This document shows, piece after piece, positions 53,732 to 64,000 of a DNA stretch of 64,000 nt. How positions within the stretch are numbered: the stretch's first letter is position 1; the number at the start of each line of letters is the position of its first letter. A program made the translations under genes and the position numbers. Below the pieces are notes generated by a model. It searched no databases and was not told the DNA's origin. It worked only from the letters and a program-made list of their open reading frames with translations. This DNA comes from the human T2T-CHM13v2.0 reference genome, Homo sapiens, in NCBI RefSeq assembly GCF_009914755.1, contig NC_060939.1. One strand, 5' to 3'.

Positions 53732-55132
53732 GATCAGGTCTCATTTGTGGGTAGAATCCGCCGGCTAATGTATAGAGATGATACTCTTGTTGTGTGTCCG
53801 TCTGCTTCTATGTAACAGTGAGGCTACTCCGGGTTCAGAAAGAGCTATTGAAATGAGCATGTCAGGCCTGCCAGCTCCTTAGCTCAGCGCACCTGTGGGG
53901 AGCAGAGCCAGACACTTGGAGGAGCTCCAGAAGAGGGCGCCAGGACCGAGCTGTGCTCCAGGGCACCAGGAACGAACTCATAAATCCGTCACAATGCACA
54001 GGGACAGTCAGAGTAAAGGATCACATGGGATGACATGCGCAGCACACACATGACCCACCCATGTAGCTTCTCCCTGACCGCTGACTCCATTGAGATCCCA
54101 GGGGCCCACAGGAGGCAAGGCAAGGCAAGGCAGCCTCACACATGGACAACAGGCGGTTGCTTCTCTGTTGTAACACGAGGATTCCAGTCTCTGAGAAAGT
54201 TGTATCCACCTCAGAAAAGGCAGCTGTCATGTAGGTGTCACTGATTGGAATTTGTTACTTCCTATTAAATGTCAAACTCCTGGAATTTCTCTTTTTGGAT
54301 GTAACCACTCTTCAAAGTTAAACCCTGACACTCAAAATATGTTTTTCCTCTATCAAGGTTTTCCTGTGAGATTGGAAATGGGGGCCCTGTCAGCAGGGAG
54401 AAGGGTACGTGGGCATGTCCACACTGACCCACTGGACTCGTCAGCCCTCCTGCGTTACCCTCTTGGAAGCTGGAAGCTCTCAGGTTTCGAAGGGGCCCGA
54501 GAGGGTCCCAGCTCCTAGGAAAGTGGCCTGTCACTTCAGCACTTCTCAGTCTTCTGGGTTCCACACAGCATCACAATTTCAAAATAATTGCTGGGAATTG
54601 ATGTAAGGTTACCCGATTTCATTTTGGTAAGGGCATTTAAAACTCAGAAAAGACCTTAAACACTTTTAAAAAGTTTTTAAGCCTTCCATCGACATCATGA
54701 TCATTTCATAGAAGAACATTTTGACTCTAAAAATTGTAGGAAGGCCATACCCCCAGAAGAAAGCATGGGCACTTATATGGGGTGAGTTTTGCTGGGTAAA
54801 GCACTCACACGTAGGCCTTGCTATCCTCAGTGTGTTCCAGAGCACAGTGACTCCATCCTGGGTGGTGCCGTGCACTGATAGTGCTGGGGAACTACGGCCT
54901 GCACCTCTCTGTCTCTCCTCCTTCACCCTCCCCAGGCGGGCCTGTAAGTCCCCAAGGCCTTCCCAAAGCCAACCTCAGAGACCACCTGTCTTTTGGGATA
55001 AGAAAACAGACTGCTCTGATGGAAGGACTTTTGGTCTATAGATGTTAATCATATGCTTTAGGTGGCATGTCCCCCCTTTCAGCAACATCTGCACACAGAC
55101 AGTCTTTATCACCAAGTTAGAAGACTTCTCAC

Positions 55133-55301
55133 CCTGTTTTCCAAAGTGAGCCGGGATGCTTCCTGCCGGAAGTTACACTTGACTTCACTTTCAGTTTCAA
55201 ATTGTTTCTTCAAGTGGTCACTGGCCTCCTGCATTTCTTGAATCTTATCAATCAGCTTCTCCTTCTCTTTGGTATGTATTTCATTTTGGGCTTCCAAGGC
55301 C
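55133..55301 (-). CDS. MYO5C: Myosin-Vc exon 32
   Basis: ALEAQNEIHTKEKEKLIDKIQEMQEASDHLKKQFETESEVKCNFRQEASRLTLENR; 169 nt. Confidence 0.96.
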
Positions 55302-56372
55302 CTGAGAAAGGGAGGGAGGAATGGCTGGTATCAGTATGACGGTCATGGAGAAGTCACTCACTGTCATAGCAAGTGCTGATATTTCCAAAGATGGAAGAAC
55401 ACCTTGGCCAATTTCTGTGTAAAGCAAATAGTATTCGAATAGGGGTGTCCTTCCAGGGGAAAGAAAAGAGACCAGGACTGGCTGGGATAGAAAACTGTCC
55501 ATGGACTGCTCTGGTCTCCTTCCCCCAATAAGAGTTCCATTCTCCACCCAACCTCAGCCCCACTTACTGTTCCCATGGGACATCCACGCCCACCATACGC
55601 TGTGACAGCTAAGCAGTCATCCCCTTTGTGACCAGCCTGGGGACCAGACACTCACAAAGCCAGGGATCAGACAGAAGAGAGGAGGAGAGACCATTAGAAG
55701 AGTTCCAAAATGGTGCCTCGCTCCTTTTCCACTACTTTGGGTCCTCATCCTACTGATAAAGTCACATAACTAAAGATGCTCTTGGGGATGTCAAGTGCCC
55801 ATTTATTATTTTGGAAAAATAAGTGTCTCAACAAGTTGGCAACAAAACAGAACATTCTCCCCACAAGGCTCTGCCAGGGCACGAGGCCCTTTATTGGTCT
55901 CGTGATGGAAATTTGGGGGGATTAGCAATGAAGATTTTCCATCAACATGGGCTTTTAATTCTTACCCTAAATAGTCTGCTAATAGAAACCGTCCTCTCTC
56001 ACACACTCTTATCTGTTGTTTGAACAGATAATTCAAGTGCATGGTATAGCATTTCAAGGGTACAAAAGTGTACGCATACAGTGAAAAGTACGTGTCCTCC
56101 CCTCCTCTGTGTATCAGTCACCAAGCCTGAAGGCAACCAACTGCCTGGAGGCAACCAATGTTTTGTTCCTTAACAATCTCCCAGAGATGCTGCTGCTGCT
56201 GAGTGTGTTGTACATACACATATTTCTTTCCTTCCCATCAGAATGGCAATATGTCATATATATTAATTAGCATCTTGCTTTTTGGCATTAGTAACACATC
56301 TTGGTATATTCTACAGTTTCAGAAAAGCATTACACGAGCATGAACTTGAGGTACACACATATTTACACTTAC

Positions 56373-56436
56373 TTTCTTTGTGTTCCTTCCTCCTCTTGAC
56401 TGCGATGTAACTGATTAGACAATTCTTCTAGTTTTC
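56373..56436 (-). CDS. MYO5C: Myosin-Vc exon 31
   Basis: (G)KLEELSNQLHRSQEEEGTQR(K); 64 nt, phase 1-2 fits neighbours. Confidence 0.94.
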
Positions 56437-56532
56437 CTATAATGAGAAGAACTGTCAGTACTTTGGGGGGGCACATATCACTGCATTCTGATTTGGGTTT
56501 GGTATTATTTTCAATTTTTAGAGGTCCTAAAC

Positions 56533-56752
56533 TAGGGGTGTCCGATCTTTTGGCTTCTCTGGCCCATATTGGAAGAAGAATTGTCTTGGGCCACATATAA
56601 AATACACTAACACTAACAATAGCTGATGAGCTGAAAAACAAAACTGCAAAAAAATCTCATGTTTTAAGAAAGTTTACGAATTTGTATTGGGCCTCCCTGA
56701 AAGCTGTCATGGGCTGCATGTGGCCTATAGGCTGCGGCTTGAACAAGCTTGT
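56533..56752 (+). mobile_element. MER30 (hAT MITE)
   Basis: AGGGGTGTCC.ATCTTTTGGCTTC..TTGGAAGAAGAATTGTCTTGGGCCACA..ACAAGCTTG. Confidence 0.85.
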
Positions 56753-56900
56753 CTTAAACTGTATCCAGACAGAGATTAACTTTTATTTGGTCTGAACAAT
56801 GTTTAAACATTTTTAAACCATCATTTAAAAATTGTTCCACATAAATATTCCACATAAAAATCTGGATTCCTGGGTTTTCTTTAAAAATAGGAATCTCTAG

Positions 56901-57588
<688 letters not shown>

Positions 57589-57775
57589 TGCACCTCCTTT
57601 AAATGTCCTACATACCTTCCCATATCTTTCAACTAGCCCCCTTCTCACATTTGTTACCTGCCCAGCCCCCTAGAGAACCAGAGTTTAAAAGCCCTGAGTA
57701 CAAGGACATTTCAATGTCATTTCCGGGGTACAGGAAACCGTTTTCTAAAAGCAGGTTAATGAGGGTTTCAGTTAC

Positions 57776-57869
57776 CTTTCATTTTCTCAGCTTGTTCATT
57801 CAGGCGGATTTCAAGATCTTGCTTCTGTTTCTCCAATTCTGAAATTTGCTGTTTAAAGTCTGGGATCAT
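57776..57869 (-). CDS. MYO5C: Myosin-Vc exon 30
   Basis: MIPDFKQQISELEKQKQDLEIRLNEQAEKMK; 94 nt. Confidence 0.95.
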
Positions 57870-58477
57870 CTTTAGAGAAGAATTAGAAATATTAGAATAT
57901 AAAATACTTTTATCTATGAACTTTAAAATCTTAGAAGCAAACTGAACTATCTTGGTGTTCAGCCTGCAGAACAGATAGCTGTGTAAAAGAGCTAGCCACG
58001 ACATTAGACTGGATTAACATTTTTTTTTAACCTCAAAACCTATATAGTCTCAGGAAACACCAGTATGCTCAGAGGAAGCAGTTCTCACACAGCTACGACA
58101 GGGAGAGAAGGATGTGTACATGTATAGAAATCCTATGCTGAGTTGAGGGAGGAATTAGGTGAAGAAATGGCAGCCAGCGTCTTTGGTCCAAGCCCAGAGC
58201 CATCGTCTCCTCATCTAGGAACAGGAAAAGCCATCTCAAAGGGTCCCACTGCTACTTTTGAATTCAAGGACATGCACTGCTCTGTTAGTGGAGGTCTGGA
58301 ATCACCCGGTAAGTTTCTCAATCCTTTGTCCCTATCTGTATATTTCTTTACATGTCCATCGCCTCCACCCCCAGTTAGGTTAAAACAGGGTTTTTTTTCC
58401 TTCCCCAAGTTTATAAACATGCTCATTTTAAAACTGAGTGGCTGAGATCCAGGCCTCTGAAGTCTAAATGAAGAATA

Positions 58478-58849
58478 CAGACAGCCCCTGATTTACGATG
58501 GCTCAACTTACTATTTTTCGAGTTTGTGATGGTGTGAAAGTGATATGCATTTAGTAGAAACCATACTTCAAGTACCCATTCAACCATTCTGTGTTTCACT
58601 TTCAGTATAGTATTTGATAAGTTACATGAGACATTCAACACTTTATTATAAAAATAGGCTTTGTGTTAGATGATTTTGCCCAAGTACAGGCTAATGTAAG
58701 CATTCTGAGCACGTTTAAGGCAGGCTGGGCTAAGCTACGATGCTTGGTAGGTCAGGTGTATTATATGCATTTTCAACTTACAATACAATACTTCCAGCAT
58801 ACGATGGGTTTATTGGGACGTAGCCCCATGGTAAGCTGAGGAGCATCTG
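58478..58849 (-). mobile_element. Tigger-derived MITE (MER47A-like)
   Basis: TA-flanked; terminal inverted repeats CAGACAGCCCCTGATTTAC and GTAAGCTGAGGAGCATCTG. Confidence 0.85.
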
Positions 58850-59499
58850 TACTTGTTTGAATGTGCAATTGGGTCTCACTGCAAATTCCTCATTAAAGTT
58901 TCATCCAAGGAATAAACAAAGATGTAAAGGTCCCCCACTACCGTTCCCTGTGTCCACCCCTGGTCCTCAACTGCTGCTACAGCCCCGAGATTTCCTAACA
59001 CTCTCAGTTTAGGGAGAGGAGGGGGTAGTAAGGAAGTAGGGGAGCAGCAGCCAGTGAGGCGGGACAAGAATGCTGGGAGAGCGGGGCGTCCTGGAAGCCA
59101 AGAGAACAAGGCAGAGAGGGCAAGATTAGCATCGCCAGAGGCTGCTGAGACACTGAGTAAGATGAGGGTGCAAAGGAACCCTTAGTGCTCAGCTCTGTGC
59201 AGGCAGAGTCAGCCAGTGGTGGGGACACACGACAGAATGGGGTGGTGGGCACACAGTGAATGGGAGGTGTGCGGAGGAAGTATGCCTAGAGGGTCTTTGT
59301 AAGTCTGACTAAGACCCCAAAGAAATGGGTGATGGCCACAGCAGTGTGGGGTTAAGACAGAGATGGCTTTTTGAATGAGGAGATTCCTAAAGCATTTCTC
59401 CAGGCCAGTAGGCATGAGTTGGAAGAAAGAATGAGACAAATGCAGTGGCTAGGAATGCACGTCATGGAAGAGGAAGCCCTTGAAAAGGTGAGATTTGAA

Positions 59500-59790
<291 letters not shown>

Positions 59791-60158
59791 TCAGGCATGA
59801 GCAGGACTGGCCTTCTGACACACTCCTGTCTCAAGAGCTACCCTTCAATTTTGTGGTCACTTTCCAAGGGGTTAGGGCTTGATTTAAATATACAGGCTTT
59901 AAAACATACACACTTACGCGCACACACAGACAATCACAGCACCTGCAGCCATCCTGTGGTGAACACACACACTCTTGTATCAGAGTGCTCTCTGGTCTGC
60001 AGTCATTTTATAGTTTAATCACCAGACCAAGTTATTTCACTTCTGGAAAAAGTAATTTATATCCACTCTTTTACTGCCAAGAAACTGAATTTGACTCCAC
60101 TGACAAAGAACAACTCTAGTATGATGGCCACGACTGGGGCCCCTGGCTGAGACCATAC

Positions 60159-60339
60159 CATGTTCTCTGATGTTAGCCTGGTAACTTCATGACGGATGCT
60201 TTCATTGATGTCATTTTCTTCTCTGAATAACTTCTGCAGGTGGTTGATTTCTTGACTGAGATGCACCACTTTGAAGTTCAAAGCTTCAATCTCCTTTTCA
60301 TAGCAATCCTTCTGAGACTGGAAATGGCTCTCCAAAACA
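60159..60339 (-). CDS. MYO5C: Myosin-Vc exon 29
   Basis: VLESHFQSQKDCYEKEIEALNFKVVHLSQEINHLQKLFREENDINESIRHEVTRLTSENM; 181 nt. Confidence 0.96.
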
Positions 60340-60615
60340 CTATTAAAGGAGGGGTCAAGAAATAAACCACATGGCCTTTGTTCTGTTTTATGGACTGCTG
60401 GGAGGCAGTTATGAAGACCCACAACAAGAGCCGTGCACGAAGTACATCAAGTTTACTTATGCACTCACGGTTACAGGCTACAGAATCAGGAATGCCTAAT
60501 TATAAAATCTTCTAGCTAGTTAGGAAGCATTATGTGGGGGTTAATATGTAGTTAACAATGAAGAAAATTTTAGAAGTTATTATATTTTTACACTCTTAAT
60601 AGTTTAAAAAATACT

Positions 60616-61210
<595 letters not shown>

Positions 61211-61515
61211 ATGCAGCACATGCCTTAAATTTAAATGTATCTACATATTTCTGGCAACATTAACTAACTTATTTGATAATCAGTTTTCACTGTATGGGTT
61301 ATGGGGTTTTTTACTAGGCATTTTATCCCACAAAGAGATTGCTCTTCATGAATAAGCTAATTACTTACTTCTCAGAGAAATATTTCTAGTGGTTATTCAG
61401 TCATTCTACTATAAGGAATTTGTGTATCAATCTATGTAAGGTAAACTTTGGACTTTCCAATAGTCTATTTATTATCTCTGAAAAATAAAGAAGATCCCTG
61501 AGGAGAATTTCTAAC

Positions 61516-61596
61516 CGTGTTGCTTTCTTTAGTCCTTCATAAGCAAACCAAAGTTCTCCATCCTCATTTAAATGTTCCAGATCTTCCACAGAGAGC
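61516..61596 (-). CDS. MYO5C: Myosin-Vc exon 28 (exon-D-like segment)
   Basis: (R)LSVEDLEHLNEDGELWFAYEGLKKAT(R); 81 nt, phase 2-2. Confidence 0.96.
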
Positions 61597-61689
61597 CTGC
61601 AAAATAAGGAAGATAAGAAAATCTATCATCTCTGTCACGTTTTACATGTTTACATGTCTTAAAATGTTTGATAATGCAAAAATGATTAC

Positions 61690-61753
61690 CTGCTTCTTAC
61701 ATCTTCAATGTCATAGCTTTCGAGAAGTTGTTTGGTGATCTCTGACATCTTTT
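61690..61753 (-). CDS. MYO5C: Myosin-Vc exon 27
   Basis: (E)KMSEITKQLLESYDIEDVRS(R); 64 nt; followed by a 93-nt intron. Confidence 0.94.
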
Positions 61754-61849
61754 CTGAAAGGGAAAGGCAGAGTTGTATATATTACATTTGTGGATGATTT
61801 ATCTTTTCCCATTCCCTTTCCAGGGCCCAGTTTTCTAGCTTCACAGTCT

Positions 61850-61965
61850 CCAGCTAAATAACTCACCAGCTATCCAATCAACCAACTAACCAATCTTCCA
61901 GGTATTCAACCAACTAGCTATTCAACCTATCAACTAAGCAATCTACCATATGTCCAACCAAATTC
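61850..61965. repeat. Degenerate (CCAA/TCAA/CTAA)n low-complexity repeat
   Basis: ccaatcaaccaactaaccaatc..ttcaaccaactagctattcaacctatcaactaagc. Confidence 0.6.
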
Positions 61966-62053
61966 ATACCAAAGGACACGTTTCCTTAGCAGCGACACAG
62001 CTATGATAAATTCAGTCTGCACCCATGGACTAAGAGACTCATATTTTTATTAC

Positions 62054-62147
62054 CTCTCATTTCCCGTTTTTGTGACTGCACATGTTTCTCCACATCTATC
62101 TTCTGTGCCTGAAGTAGTTCTATCTCTTTTTCGAACTCAGAGATTGT
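62054..62147 (-). CDS. MYO5C: Myosin-Vc exon 26
   Basis: TISEFEKEIELLQAQKIDVEKHVQSQKREMR; 94 nt; CAG/GTAATA. Exon numbers are counted back from a recalled total of 41. Confidence 0.94.
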
Positions 62148-62351
62148 CTGAATCACAGCAATGACGGAATCAGGTAAAGAAAAAACAACGATTATGCTTT
62201 ATATAAGACAAAGGGAACACAATTACAGCGTTGCGTGTCTATGCAAGACATCCTCACTGCAGTTTCTTTCTTAGCTAAAATCTTGTTAAACCATCACTGC
62301 CTACACAGCTTGGCCTTGAAGCATGCTTAACTACTCAAAATGCCAGATCTA

Positions 62352-62713
<362 letters not shown>

Positions 62714-63480
62714 CTACTATAAGCTTGGGGTGGGGTGGGACAGGGGGAAGACTGAGAAAGGTAAAATCACGGGCTAAAATTCTCTTTTAATGGATAATAA
62801 AATATTGAGTGCAAGGACATGGGCAAAGTTGCCACCTTCATAACTGTGGGTTTTGGCTTCAGCTCAGCTTAGATGTGGAGCAGTGGCAGAGACTGGTGAG
62901 TCCAGGAGGTCTGGGAGTTAGCTGGCTGTTGGGAAGGAGGTGGCCTGGGCAGCTCTGGTTGTGGGGAAGAGGCAGTATTCTGCCTTTATTCTCCCTTGTG
63001 AGCTCAGCTTGAATAAGAATCACAGGTCTGTGCTTTTGCTTTGTATCTGAGGGAGATATAAGGACTTTCAGGGACAGCAGAGGTGAATAAACTCTCCTTG
63101 ATATTTTTTCAGTTACCCTGAGTATTTAAGGGCTCCAGCCCCTGTTTCTACAGAGAGTAAGCAGGAGAATCAAACTGATATGTGCTGAGCACTTTACCTA
63201 GAAGACCTAATCCTCCTAACAGGCCTATGAGGTAAGTAGAGTGATCTTTTCTCAATTAGCAAACAGCAGCTACATTTAACTGAAGGCTGACTGGCACGTT
63301 CAGGGTCACATGCCAGGTTTATGGGGGACTCAGGACTATCCAAATCCTGAAGGCCATGCTTTTCTTTGTAATGTTTCAGTAAATGTTCCAAGTCAGATTT
63401 GCATTTACTTAGGCTTTTAAGACTGACTATAACACATATAACTTGATGATCATGAGTTATTTTCTTTGAAAACCAGAGTA

Positions 63481-64000
<520 letters not shown>

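Overview
Human (primate) genomic DNA, recognisable as the GNB5/MYO5C junction (15q21, from recall). Both genes are on the minus strand. Positions 62147 down to about 28955 hold the last 16 exons of MYO5C: the coiled-coil medial tail and the globular DIL tail. I phased these by hand; all have GT-AG junctions and total 2022 coding nt (673 aa plus stop). They are followed by a 3' UTR of about 1.6 kb with an AATAAA signal. Under 1 kb further downstream lies the 5' end of GNB5: a putative non-coding first exon of the retinal long isoform (about 27957-28030), the 42-aa Gbeta5L-specific exon (CDS 21208-21333), and the CpG-island exon starting MATEGL (16423-16534). The rest is intronic and rich in repeats: a near-full-length old L1PA, more than 30 Alus, and MLT1 LTRs, MER, MADE1, MIR and L2 remnants. 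Almost all ORFs in the supplied track are Alu/L1 artefacts or antisense shadows. Best hunt results: (1) a C-x2-C-x18-C-x2-C putative zinc finger in the Gbeta5L extension; (2) three independent local templated duplications of Alu sequence (two with unique flank), one inserted at the centre of a MADE1 palindrome; (3) splice phases that would allow an in-frame MYO5C-GNB5 read-through; (4) a photoreceptor-type motif cluster in the MYO5C termination zone. I see no evidence of a wholly new multi-gene system.
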